Source: Nitrospirota bacterium
Lineage (GTDB): Bacteria > JACPQY01
DNA length: 64,000 bases
Assembly: GCA_016180645.1 (NCBI GenBank)
Contig: JACPAV010000002.1
Span: forward strand, 62,001-126,000
Reading direction: 5' to 3'
Program-made: the position numbers and the translations under genes
In this document: positions 19,501-28,180 of the stretch, one piece after another
Layout: every line of letters begins with the position of its first letter
Position numbering within the stretch: the stretch's first letter is position 1
Notes under the pieces: generated by a model
Databases searched by the model: none
What the model saw: the letters and a program-made list of their open reading frames with translations, nothing else
What the model was told of the DNA's origin: nothing

Positions 19501-22500
19501 GGCAGGGAAACGGACCTTCTCCGGAAGTGGGAATCGAGTCCGGGGTGGCGCTCGGATCCCGGCCCTTTGATGTGGCCTGGGAACTCAGCACGGGAAAGGC
19601 CGTGTTCGTCTACACGGAGGCCAACTCGCCCAACGTGGAGTATTTCACGTACGACCGTCCCACCGATACGTTCAGCGTGTCCAGCATCGATTCCAATACG
19701 ACCCTCGCCGCCAATTCGTGGCCGGATGACGTGTACCACCTGTCTCTCCATCCCAGCCCGAACGGGAGCCAGATCTTGCTTTTGGGGATCGGTCCCGAAT
19801 CCGGCCTCGCCGCTCCGGGCGACATTCGCATGGTGCTTTGGAACGGCGGGACGTGGGCGGAGCCGGCCACCACCCTGGTCGAAACCAGCCCCTCCGATTT
19901 CGACTCTCAAGCGGCGGCCTTCGTGTGGACCCGCAAGGACCCAACCTTGGTGAAGCTGATCTCATTCCGGGCCATCGGCCTCGCGGACCGCGTTGCCCTC
20001 GAATGGGACACAGCCGCGGAACGGTCCAATGCGGGATTCAATCTCTATCGCAGCGAGTCGCAGGACGCCGGACGCAGGACGCAAGTCAATGCGAAGATGA
20101 TCCGGGGATTGGGAACGAGCGCCCGCGGCAAGAAATATGTCGTCGTAGACTCCGATCTTTCGATCTGCGTAGGGGCGGGTCTTCAGACCCGCCCAGAGGG
20201 AGCATCTAAAGATGCTCCCCTACGAAAAGAGGCGTGCACCCTTTCATACTGGCTTGAGAATGTCGAATTCACCGGCCGCCGAACCCTGCACGGCCCAGTG
20301 ATCGCCCACGTCGGCCTCGACACCGACGGCGATGGTATGACCGACGATTGGGAACGGGCGTGGTGCACGCGTGACCCCGTCAATCGTGAACCCGTGAACC
20401 AGAATGACCTGCCGGATCACGGAATCACGGGATCACGGGATCACGACCCCAAGTGCCTGGACCCGAACGTGGCTGACGGCGATGGCGACGCCGATGCCGA
20501 CGGCCTCTCGAACCTCGTGGAGTACCTGAACGGAACAATGCCCAATGCGGTCGAGGCAGGCGTCTGGTTGACCGATCCGGGCCGGCTGAGAGATCGGGGA
20601 AGGGTGCCTCCGCCGGACCCGCGTCTCTCCACCGGATTCCCCCCCCCCGGCTGGAGGGTGCTGAAGGAGGACGCAACAGGGGTTGACTTGGAGCTCTTCA
20701 CGCCCTCTTCCAGCGCGTGGAAGAAAAAGAGCGCCATCCTGGTCGTTCCGAGCCAGGGACAATTCTCCATCCATTCTGAACCGCCCGCAGGGGCAGAGCG
20801 GGGTGATCGACCATCCGACCGCGAAGCGCCGGCGATCACATGGAAAACGGGCGACGGCTGGGTTTATCGCGAAGAGCACCTCGCCAGAATAACGGGTGAC
20901 CCGTTCTACGACGGGAAATTCCACGACCGATTGCAGGCGCGAATCGATTTTCCCTCCGGCCTCCCGGCTCGTCGCAGAATGCGGCCGGCGCCTCCCGGCC
21001 TCGGTGGAGCGCCCTCCGACTCCTCCGGGCTCGTGAACCGCCTCCTGGATTGGGTTGCCCTCAACGGATCTCGCTTTGCAAGCAACCATCGAGGCGTTCG
21101 GCGGGCTTTCCCCTCCACAATCCCGGGCCATGGGATCAAAGTCGCCGCGGCGGAAACCGGAGTCGTCCGCCTCGGCTTCGAAACGATCCTTGAAGGAGGC
21201 CTGGACCCATCGGCCTTCAATCCGGCGTTGTGGCGGGCTTTCTCGCCCGGCCGGTCCACAAGTTTCGGTGTGCGATTAAGGGAAGTCCCTCTACAGGTCG
21301 CTGGAGAGGCGGATGGACGGTTCGATAAGGACGACACGATCCTCCTCCCCGCCTCTCCGCGACCAAGGAAGTATTCCCCGTATGAGACCTACTGGCTGAC
21401 CCCGAGTTCCGAACCGGGACTCAGAACCGATCTTTCGGAGGAATTGCAGGCGCCCGCCGAACCTCGGATGAAAACCATTCGGGTGGAGCGGAATGAGATC
21501 TATTTTGCCGAGGTGCCGGGGCCGAACGACATGGAACGCTGGTACTTCGCTCCGATCCTGCGCGACGGGGACACGAAGGACGTGGAAGTCCATCTGGGCG
21601 AGATCGACCGCGGAATGGGAGAGGCTAGACTGCGAATCCGGTTTGCCGGCTTGATCGACCTCGGTCCCCGCCTCGATCACCGGGTGGGCTTCTCCGCAAA
21701 TGGGGATAGCCTGGGAGAGGCCGCCTGGGGAGGCGCGGGAATCCACACGATAAATCTCACGTTCGCCTCCTCGCTTCTCCACCCGGGAATCAACACCGTC
21801 ACACTCGCGCCGTTGCTGCCGGAAGGGATGCCCTTCGACCAACTTCTGCTCGACTCCCTTGAGTTGACGTACCTCGAGACGGGGGCTCCAAGCCTGACCT
21901 TGGTCGAACCCGCTTCGGTGGACGTACCCGCGCCCACGGAATTGTCCGACCCACGGAATCGCGCGGACTACATCATGATCCTTCCCGCGGCATCCTGCGG
22001 GGAACAAGGTGAGCCGTGCGACGACTTCTCGGCGGCCCTTGAACCGCTCAGATCCCATCACGAAGGCCGCGGGCTGGCCGTGAAAGTCGTCACCCTCGAC
22101 CGGATCTACGATGAATTCGGCGCCGGCCTCGAGACACCCTACGCCGTCAAGTCATTCCTTCGCTACGCCTTAACGGCCTGGGAGGCCCCGCGACCGACCT
22201 ACGTCCTCCTCGTGGGTGATGCGTCCTACGACCCCAAGGGCTTCGTCGAATCTCCGGATTCGCCGAGGCCGGCCGGCCGGATCCCGACGTACTTCTTCTA
22301 CTCCAATGAGGGCGGTGCGATCCCGTCCGACGGCTGGTTCGTTTCCTTCGACGGTCCGCGGGGACCGAACGAGACGGAGGCGACGGGAACCACGATGGAC
22401 CTCTTCCCCGACATGGCGATTGGACGCCTGCCCGCGCGGACGCCCGACGAGCTTCGCGCCATGGTGGACAAAATCCTGCACTACGCAGACGACTCGCCCG

Positions 22501-23330
22501 AAGCGGACTGGCGCCGAAACGTCCTCCTGGTCGCGGACAATATTCAGCCGGAATTCGAAGGCATCTCCGAGGATGTCTTCGCTCTCGCGCCATCCAGCCT
22601 GTTCCTGACCCGGGCCTATCTCGCGCTTTTTCCTTCGGCCGCCGGCCTCTCCGGGGCGCTTGAATCCGAGCTGAACGAGGGCGCGTCCGTCGTGAATTAT
22701 GTCGGCCATGGCTCGGTCCAAGCGTGGGCCGCGGAAAAGCTGCTCGGAACCTCCTCGCTGTCGCGCATCGAGAATTCCGGACGATACCCCTTCATCACGG
22801 CCCTGACTTGCATTAACGGGTACTTCGTCTTCCCGCCGGAGGCGGAATTCGAATCGATGGCTGAAGAGTTCGTTCGTGCCCCGGGAAAGGGAGCCGTGGC
22901 GTTCTTTGCCCCCACGGGTCAGTCGGCCCCACCCGTGCAGGCTGCCGTAAGTCAGGCCTTGTACAAGGCAATCCTGCAAGACCGCATCAACCCCATTGGA
23001 GCCGCGATCCAAAAAGCGTTCCTGGAGGTCGCGGCCGCCTACCCGGCAGGCCCGCTCCAATTCGTGCCCCAGATGTTCGTCCTCTTCGGCGATCCCGCCA
23101 TGGACCTTCTGATCCCGGCGAGTGAGCCGTCTCCCTCCATGCGAGACCCCCAAGGCGGGTGCGCCTGCGCGACGATCGGCCGGCCAACTCCCGATGCCAC
23201 GTCGCGGCTGGCCACGAGCCTGGGGGGGTTGGTCGCCGTCTACCTGATTTGTCGGGTCAGGAGGCGGCGTACCTCGAAACCCCGAAACGGCAAGAAGTCG
23301 GCAGCGAATAGGGATTCGTCTCGATCGTAG
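16572..23330 (+). CDS. Giant secreted protein: duplicated beta-rich modules, TSP3-like Ca-binding repeats, C25 (gingipain) peptidase domain, MYXO-CTERM-like tail
   Basis: Signal-like RRRW...SAWA; DTDGDGMTDDWE and DADADGLSNLVEYLNGT; C25 motifs IYDEFG, YVLLVGDA, PDMAIGRLPAR, VNYVGHGS, LTCING, LFGDP; C-terminal GGCACA + TM + RRRR. Start uncertain (GTG 16572). Confidence 0.85.
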   Translation: MEECIVRHSPSRRRWATAAAAAVGWIEAIVSLGGGSAWALDGAALYGQSGSAVPQRKAYTGSSSTFGATAANSANSTATNLQWVVLRDAPLRNEKMLGTLSSDGTLILQEFNGTSSTWTTRRTCTTCLSGGTNDNYRALDIAYEDSSSDALIIYENTSTTNTTVSFATWDGTTFTDNVGGLTLWAGATITRWVQLVPRPGFDTIMLIAMSNGGVVRAAEWNGTGWGSVQELTNAGITNAPGKPFGFAYEGSSGDGLAAYGTGTTLEHWTYVASTWAGPTTNSPFNGGAAVDEIQMASDPSSDTIAYIQRDAGADCNAFVWDGTAWEAGNPTEDAAMERPSTTLPSRTVDVAWGKSNATALFVYVDANGLNPEYFTYIRGSGWSVTSIATNTANTGSAWPDDVEMVQLTPNPNSDEIMLLGTSLPTGGNQLEARLWNGSSWSVPVNSPLETSPSDDNFETAMFAWSAPLPRLEQIGYKVCDNTDAVQPSTCDARDTARTGTDWEGVVRIRIGVKAIGDNLTSGTYKLQYGETSSTCASASGWTDVGSPSAVAVAWRGYGNSPADGAAITANLLTESPAATILETYEEDAAISALNATISAGAIGEWDFVVENYNAGPGQTYCFRMARTDGSTFNTYSQYPEITPTAGTAGGMVLYDDNTADGQPIRRLWSTGTQDFGGAGNLANAGNASNIQFIVAKSLQQDTDGGALQPAGRNSGEVLAGTQHLDGSLLVQRWDGTTWNNWTPGIASIVPTANADAARAFDLGYEPNTGDAMVVHENNATDQCFTYSIWDGTSWSTTDVDYTAAGSASGCGASPQVLTCGGTPASGDIRWMKLRPKSQSEEMILMFESAEGAAEALYAAHWNGSSWDNCVALVDTTSCSGAIRECFDFAWERLSGGPNSGGVMVYDNGTDIAWREFVFSTGWGGETAAAPCNNTVGGGTVQRVQMAADPTSNDLAVAVMYGAAPSDLCVDIWNGTAWQGNGPSPEVGIESGVALGSRPFDVAWELSTGKAVFVYTEANSPNVEYFTYDRPTDTFSVSSIDSNTTLAANSWPDDVYHLSLHPSPNGSQILLLGIGPESGLAAPGDIRMVLWNGGTWAEPATTLVETSPSDFDSQAAAFVWTRKDPTLVKLISFRAIGLADRVALEWDTAAERSNAGFNLYRSESQDAGRRTQVNAKMIRGLGTSARGKKYVVVDSDLSICVGAGLQTRPEGASKDAPLRKEACTLSYWLENVEFTGRRTLHGPVIAHVGLDTDGDGMTDDWERAWCTRDPVNREPVNQNDLPDHGITGSRDHDPKCLDPNVADGDGDADADGLSNLVEYLNGTMPNAVEAGVWLTDPGRLRDRGRVPPPDPRLSTGFPPPGWRVLKEDATGVDLELFTPSSSAWKKKSAILVVPSQGQFSIHSEPPAGAERGDRPSDREAPAITWKTGDGWVYREEHLARITGDPFYDGKFHDRLQARIDFPSGLPARRRMRPAPPGLGGAPSDSSGLVNRLLDWVALNGSRFASNHRGVRRAFPSTIPGHGIKVAAAETGVVRLGFETILEGGLDPSAFNPALWRAFSPGRSTSFGVRLREVPLQVAGEADGRFDKDDTILLPASPRPRKYSPYETYWLTPSSEPGLRTDLSEELQAPAEPRMKTIRVERNEIYFAEVPGPNDMERWYFAPILRDGDTKDVEVHLGEIDRGMGEARLRIRFAGLIDLGPRLDHRVGFSANGDSLGEAAWGGAGIHTINLTFASSLLHPGINTVTLAPLLPEGMPFDQLLLDSLELTYLETGAPSLTLVEPASVDVPAPTELSDPRNRADYIMILPAASCGEQGEPCDDFSAALEPLRSHHEGRGLAVKVVTLDRIYDEFGAGLETPYAVKSFLRYALTAWEAPRPTYVLLVGDASYDPKGFVESPDSPRPAGRIPTYFFYSNEGGAIPSDGWFVSFDGPRGPNETEATGTTMDLFPDMAIGRLPARTPDELRAMVDKILHYADDSPEADWRRNVLLVADNIQPEFEGISEDVFALAPSSLFLTRAYLALFPSAAGLSGALESELNEGASVVNYVGHGSVQAWAAEKLLGTSSLSRIENSGRYPFITALTCINGYFVFPPEAEFESMAEEFVRAPGKGAVAFFAPTGQSAPPVQAAVSQALYKAILQDRINPIGAAIQKAFLEVAAAYPAGPLQFVPQMFVLFGDPAMDLLIPASEPSPSMRDPQGGCACATIGRPTPDATSRLATSLGGLVAVYLICRVRRRRTSKPRNGKKSAANRDSSRS
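20169..20223. repeat. REP doublet inserted in frame inside the giant CDS
   Basis: GTAG-GGGCGGGTC-TTCA-GACCCGCCC-AGA-GGGAGCATC-TAAA-GATGCTCCC-CTAC, translated as VGAGLQTRPEGASKDAPL. Confidence 0.8.
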
Positions 23331-23454
23331 CGAGCTGGAATTGACGGCGCCCCGGCCCATCACTGAGCACGGGGCGCCTACCCTTTACGAAGGGCCACAT
23401 GAATTTTGCAGGGCCGGCCGGGCCTCCGTGCCCCACCGTCCCCTCGGGTTGCCG

Positions 23455-23907
23455 CTACTTCTTCTTCGGCTTGGGCTTCGATTCCTGCGCCTTCTTGGGG
23501 GGATCCGGCTGTTTCTTCGGGCTCTGAGCCGGTTCGGCTCGAAGGGATCTCTCCGTTGCATCCTTCGCGATCGCGACGGCCTGTTCGCACCGCGATTGAG
23601 CATTCCGGAAGTCCTCCATCTCCTTGAACGCGGCGCATTGCCGCCGGGATTCTCTCGCCTCTTTCAGCAAGGCGGGCGCGTATTGCTCGGCCCCTTTTTT
23701 CGACGCTTCGGCTATGGAGTCATCCGCCCGCATCATCAGGGTTTCGAGTTCGGCCACACCCATTCGCGGTGAGGCGGAGCCGTTCGTTCCCCCGTCCGAA
23801 GCGGTGGTCTGCCGTTTCGCGCAAGCGGCGGCCATGGCCGCCACAAGAACAAAGACTGCTGCGCGGCACAGCCGGTCCATCGGACGGTTGCCTGACACCT
23901 TCGTCAT
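23455..23907 (-). CDS. Lipoprotein with a DUF4398-like helical domain
   Basis: Lipobox AAAC; ADDSIAEASKKGAEQYAPALLKEA; Lys/Pro-rich tail. Confidence 0.7.
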   Translation of the reverse strand: MTKVSGNRPMDRLCRAAVFVLVAAMAAACAKRQTTASDGGTNGSASPRMGVAELETLMMRADDSIAEASKKGAEQYAPALLKEARESRRQCAAFKEMEDFRNAQSRCEQAVAIAKDATERSLRAEPAQSPKKQPDPPKKAQESKPKPKKK

Positions 23908-23921
23908 CTACAATCCTCCTG

Positions 23922-24707
23922 TCAAAGTTGATCGGTCCATCGCACAAACTGGACCCTACGGTTCCTGGCCCACGCCTCCTCGGTGTGGCCCTCATCAAGG
24001 GGGATCTCTTCCCCATAGGAAACGATCCGCAGCCTGGCTGGCGCGATCCCCAAGGCCACCAAGTAGTCTCTCGTGCGTTCAGCCCTCCTCTCCCCCAGGG
24101 CCAGGTTGTACTCATTCGTTCCGCGCTCATCGCAATGCCCTTCGATCAGGATGGTCAGATCGGGATGTCTCGACAACCACTCGGCGTTCTTCCGCGCGAC
24201 CTCGACGGCCTCATCGGTCAAGCTGTACTCGTCAAATCGGAAGTAAATTCGTTTGAGCGCCAGACGTTCGTCGGGCACGTATGAATTTCCGGGTCCAAGA
24301 ATCTCACCGGCATCACCGAGGGAGCCCGGATCCAGCGCAAGATCTCCCTCGCCCGAAGGGGTCGCGTCCGACCTCCACCTCGTGGCCATCAGTTTCGCGA
24401 GGAGATCTTCCGCCTTCCGCTTCGCATCGGCCGCAAGGGTTCTGGATTCCGGATATTTCTTGTCCCTCAGATTCTTGAGAGCTTCAGCGAGAAGGTCCTC
24501 CGCTGCCCGATACTCCGGGGAGGAAGTATCGGCGCCGGCCTCGCGGGCCGCTCTCAGAGCCGACTGGGCATCCGCCAGTTCCTGCGTCGGCGCCTTCGCC
24601 GCGCAACCCGAAAGGGTGGTCTCCACGAGCAGGCCGTTGAGGAGAAGGAGGGTAGCGAGACCGGCGCTCCTGCTTGGAACGGCAAGAAATGTCCACCGGG
24701 TTCCCAT
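23922..24707 (-). CDS. Lipoprotein with DUF4398 and Pal/OmpA domains (paralog of 10442-11260)
   Basis: Lipobox LSGC; QELADAQSALRAAREAGA; IYFRFD, EGHCDERGTNEYNLALGERRA, SYGEE and NRRVQF. Confidence 0.9.
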   Translation of the reverse strand: MGTRWTFLAVPSRSAGLATLLLLNGLLVETTLSGCAAKAPTQELADAQSALRAAREAGADTSSPEYRAAEDLLAEALKNLRDKKYPESRTLAADAKRKAEDLLAKLMATRWRSDATPSGEGDLALDPGSLGDAGEILGPGNSYVPDERLALKRIYFRFDEYSLTDEAVEVARKNAEWLSRHPDLTILIEGHCDERGTNEYNLALGERRAERTRDYLVALGIAPARLRIVSYGEEIPLDEGHTEEAWARNRRVQFVRWTDQL

Positions 24708-24797
24708 TGCGAAATCAGACTACACATCGCCACGGCAGGCTGACAATCCCATGTTTGCGGTATTCGAGCGAAAAACCCTGGATCGCGGGGGGATCGG

Positions 24798-25454
24798 CTA
24801 CTGCCGATGGGCGAGCCCGAAAACCTTGGTAACGGCCTCGATTTTCGTCGTCACTTGCAACTTCTGGTAGATATTCTTGATGTGGGTCTGGACCGTGCCG
24901 AAGGCGATGCCGAGTCCTTCAGCCACTTCCTTGTAGGCATAGCCTTTGGCCAGAAGATCGAGAATCTCCCTCTCGCGCACGGTCAGTCCCTCGGTCGCCT
25001 CTCTGGTCCCACGGTCTTTCTGGAGTTCCTGAAGAACACGCCGGGCGATCGTGGGCGACATCGGGGCCCCTTTCTGAGAAACGAGGAGGTCCAGCGCCTC
25101 CAGGATCTCCTCCGGCGTTGAATCCTTCAACAAATACCCCGAGGCGCCTGCCTTGATGGATTGGAACACCGCGTCGTCCGTGTCGAAAATGGTGAGGATG
25201 AGAATCTCCACCTGGGGGGATTGGTCTCTGAACTTGCGGATCGCCTCGATGCCGCTCATTCCGGGCAGTCCAAGGTCCAGCAGAACCACATTCGGTTTGA
25301 GTTGGGACACCATGGGCATCGCGTCCTCCGCCGTACCGGCCGCACCCACCACCGAGTAGCAAGAGTGCCGGCCGATCATCCGGGCGAGCGAATCGCGGGC
25401 AACCTTCTGGTCCTCCACAATCAATACCCGGCACAAGGAATCCGGATCCGTCAT
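24798..25454 (-). CDS. NarL/FixJ-family response regulator (REC + LuxR HTH)
   Basis: LIVEDQ, LLDLGLPGMSG, GASGYLLK and LTVREREIL...TVQTHIKNIYQKL. Confidence 0.95.
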   Translation of the reverse strand: MTDPDSLCRVLIVEDQKVARDSLARMIGRHSCYSVVGAAGTAEDAMPMVSQLKPNVVLLDLGLPGMSGIEAIRKFRDQSPQVEILILTIFDTDDAVFQSIKAGASGYLLKDSTPEEILEALDLLVSQKGAPMSPTIARRVLQELQKDRGTREATEGLTVREREILDLLAKGYAYKEVAEGLGIAFGTVQTHIKNIYQKLQVTTKIEAVTKVFGLAHRQ

Positions 25455-25515
25455 GGAGGAAGCGTATCGTCAAGGGATCGGAAGAGGCAATCCCGCATCC
25501 ATGGGAGGCATGTCC

Positions 25516-28002
25516 TCAAGTTCGCACCGCCGGAGCCAATCCAGGCGAATGGGGCAGAAAGATTTCGATCCGCACACCCGTCCCGATCCCGGACCGAATC
25601 TCGCAACCGGCGCCGAGAATCTGCGCCCTTCGTCGAAGGTTGACCAGTCCCGTGGACTCCCCACCGGCCCCCTGCGGATTGAATCCCTTCCCGTTGTCCT
25701 CGACAGCCATGAGAATGCCTCCAGCGTCATGTCTCCACTGGATGGACACCCTTGATGCCTTCGAATGGCGGACGACATTCGAAAGAATCTCCTGAAACAT
25801 CCGGAAGAAGTGCAATTGCTGTTCCGGCGGGATCATGAAGTCGCCGGGCAACGAGGGCCTTTCAATACTGAATTCCATGCTCGAGCCGAGTGGCCCGACT
25901 ACGTCCGTGGCATACCTCCTGAGCCGGCCGAGGAAATCCTCCTCCTTCTCGGATGCCCGGAGTGCCCATGCGGCGGTTCGAACCTCCTGCAAGGCCGACC
26001 GCGCCCGCGTCTCAAGCTGTTCAAGCAACCGGCCGGATTCCACCGCGCCATCCTCCCCTTGGCCCTTCCTCAGCGTCTGCGAAAGAAGGATCACATTGGT
26101 CAGTTCCGCCCCGACGTTGTCGTGGATCTCCCGCCCCATCCGTTCCCGCTCCTGCTGCTCCAACAGCAGGCCTTGCTCGTATCGCTCCCTCGCCGCGAAG
26201 AGTTCGAGCAGGAGTCCCGCCTTCGTGACGAGGAGCCCGAGATAAGACATGCATTCCTGATCGTATAGCCGCCTCTCGGGCCTGGGTCCGAGACAGACCA
26301 TCCCCGTGGGGTAGCCCCGGCCATCCAGGATCGGCGCCAACACTCCATCGAGGAACTTCCGGTCGGGTACACGGCGAAGCCCGGCGATCTCCGCCAACAG
26401 GACGGGGCGCCCGCCCGCGCCAAGCGTCTTTTCAAAGATCCCCCGGTTGCCGGTGATAAACCCCTCAACGGAATCCTGTTCCACGTCGGACGCCCGAAGG
26501 GTAATCTCCGGCGGGCCGGCCACGCCTTTCCAACTGAGCGCCAACCAGGCGGGCTGGAACAATTCCTCCAGTGCCTCCCCGATGATGTGCAAGACGTCTC
26601 CGGAATGCTTGGCCGAAAAAAGCCTCAGCCGTGCCTGCTCAACCGCCTCACCGAGGTTCTGGCCCGCCCCGCGCAGCAGCCGCCTCACCGCCGACCGCAA
26701 CTGTTCCCGCTGCGTGAACAGGAGGGCCACCACCACACCGCTCGAAACCAACCCCGAAGCGAGGACGGACTTCCTATAAAGCACGACCGGAATGTGGGAG
26801 AGTACGAAGAACAGGGCCACGTACATGCCCGCAACAAGCAGCAGGGCGACTGAAAAAGCGACGGCCGATTCAAGGAACCGGCTCACGTCGGCCAGCCTCC
26901 ACGATTCCACGGCCAGGGCCATGGCCACGGGAATCGGAACCACACACGCGAGGATCAATCCGTTGTGAAGGTACTGCGAACGATCCAGCAGGGAGAGGGG
27001 CACGTACAGGAATAAGCCCAGGGTCAGGGACGCAATGATCCCGACAAAGATCCACTGCATCCGGCTCCGGTTGACCGCAAGGCGGGCGCGAAGATAACCG
27101 TCCGCAAGGAGAAGACCCGCCGCCGGAAGACCCAGCGTCCACAACCCCCACATGGGCAGGGGCGCCGTGCCCATCCCGATGGAGAGCGCCGAAAGCACAG
27201 CCAACGCCTTCAGTCCGAGATGGAAGTGGGGAAACCGTTCGGCGTAAAACCTTCGTCGAGGAAAAACGCTGAAGAAGTGGACCATCCAGGCGATGGTCCC
27301 CGCCGCGGCCAGATTGCCCACCCCGAAAACAAGGTGGAACAATCTCGGCTCGGGCAGAACATCATCCGCGAACGTCGGCCACCACGTCATCGTGAGGATC
27401 GCGGCCGATCCCATGAACCCTTGGAACGCGCGTCGCTCCTCCTGCGCCGGTTCACGCCGGAGAACAAGCAGCCCCACCACAAAAAAAACCGCGGCAAGAA
27501 AAATTCGCGCGAAATAGCCGGGGTGCAGGATCTCGCCCCACTCCAGATGGCGGGGAGAAACCTGCATCGTAAGGGTCTCACCCATACGGTCGATTCTCAC
27601 CTCAACCGTCCCTTTTTGCCGCGCCTGGCGGTACGTGGCCGCCTGTTCATCCAACCAGCGGTCAAGCTCGGAGCCGGACAGGAAATGCACCAATTGGCCG
27701 CCGAACGGGAACGAGAGCTCGCCTGCCGATCTGCCATCCACTTCCTTGAGGGTGTCGCCGCTGCGCAGACCTGCCAACTGCGCCGGCGAGCGCGACTCCA
27801 CGGAATCGAGAACCCAGAAGGCAGCCCTCCTTCCCGGCGCCTCGACAAGCGTGAATGAGGCCCCGAGCGTGTAGGACGTCCGGTGAAGGGTCAGCCCGAG
27901 GATGGCCGACAAGGCGAAAATGGCGGTCCAGGCGGCGAACCGCAGACCGGCGGTCATGCCTTTCTTGCCGGACGGAGGATCCTGGAACAAGCTCTCTGAC
28001 AT
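25516..28002 (-). CDS. Membrane sensor histidine kinase (PDZ, multi-TM, GAF-like, HisKA_3, HATPase)
   Basis: SPAQLAGLRSGD (PDZ); ERERMGREIHDNVG (H box); QEILSNVVRHS, VEDNGKGF and GLVNLRRRA. Start uncertain (27957-28041). Confidence 0.9.
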   Translation of the reverse strand: MSESLFQDPPSGKKGMTAGLRFAAWTAIFALSAILGLTLHRTSYTLGASFTLVEAPGRRAAFWVLDSVESRSPAQLAGLRSGDTLKEVDGRSAGELSFPFGGQLVHFLSGSELDRWLDEQAATYRQARQKGTVEVRIDRMGETLTMQVSPRHLEWGEILHPGYFARIFLAAVFFVVGLLVLRREPAQEERRAFQGFMGSAAILTMTWWPTFADDVLPEPRLFHLVFGVGNLAAAGTIAWMVHFFSVFPRRRFYAERFPHFHLGLKALAVLSALSIGMGTAPLPMWGLWTLGLPAAGLLLADGYLRARLAVNRSRMQWIFVGIIASLTLGLFLYVPLSLLDRSQYLHNGLILACVVPIPVAMALAVESWRLADVSRFLESAVAFSVALLLVAGMYVALFFVLSHIPVVLYRKSVLASGLVSSGVVVALLFTQREQLRSAVRRLLRGAGQNLGEAVEQARLRLFSAKHSGDVLHIIGEALEELFQPAWLALSWKGVAGPPEITLRASDVEQDSVEGFITGNRGIFEKTLGAGGRPVLLAEIAGLRRVPDRKFLDGVLAPILDGRGYPTGMVCLGPRPERRLYDQECMSYLGLLVTKAGLLLELFAARERYEQGLLLEQQERERMGREIHDNVGAELTNVILLSQTLRKGQGEDGAVESGRLLEQLETRARSALQEVRTAAWALRASEKEEDFLGRLRRYATDVVGPLGSSMEFSIERPSLPGDFMIPPEQQLHFFRMFQEILSNVVRHSKASRVSIQWRHDAGGILMAVEDNGKGFNPQGAGGESTGLVNLRRRAQILGAGCEIRSGIGTGVRIEIFLPHSPGLAPAVRT

Positions 28003-28180
28003 CGCGGGTTGGATGTTATCGACCGACCTCCCACTTGACAAATACGGGGGGGTTCTTCAGAATCGCCCAGTTTTGTCGGAGGCTGAGAATTTCGCAATGA
28101 TTTCGATCAAGAGAATCCCTCTACGGGAAAGCTATGCCTCTACCCAAAACGCAGCCCTTTCATGCCAAAGGAGGATCCAC

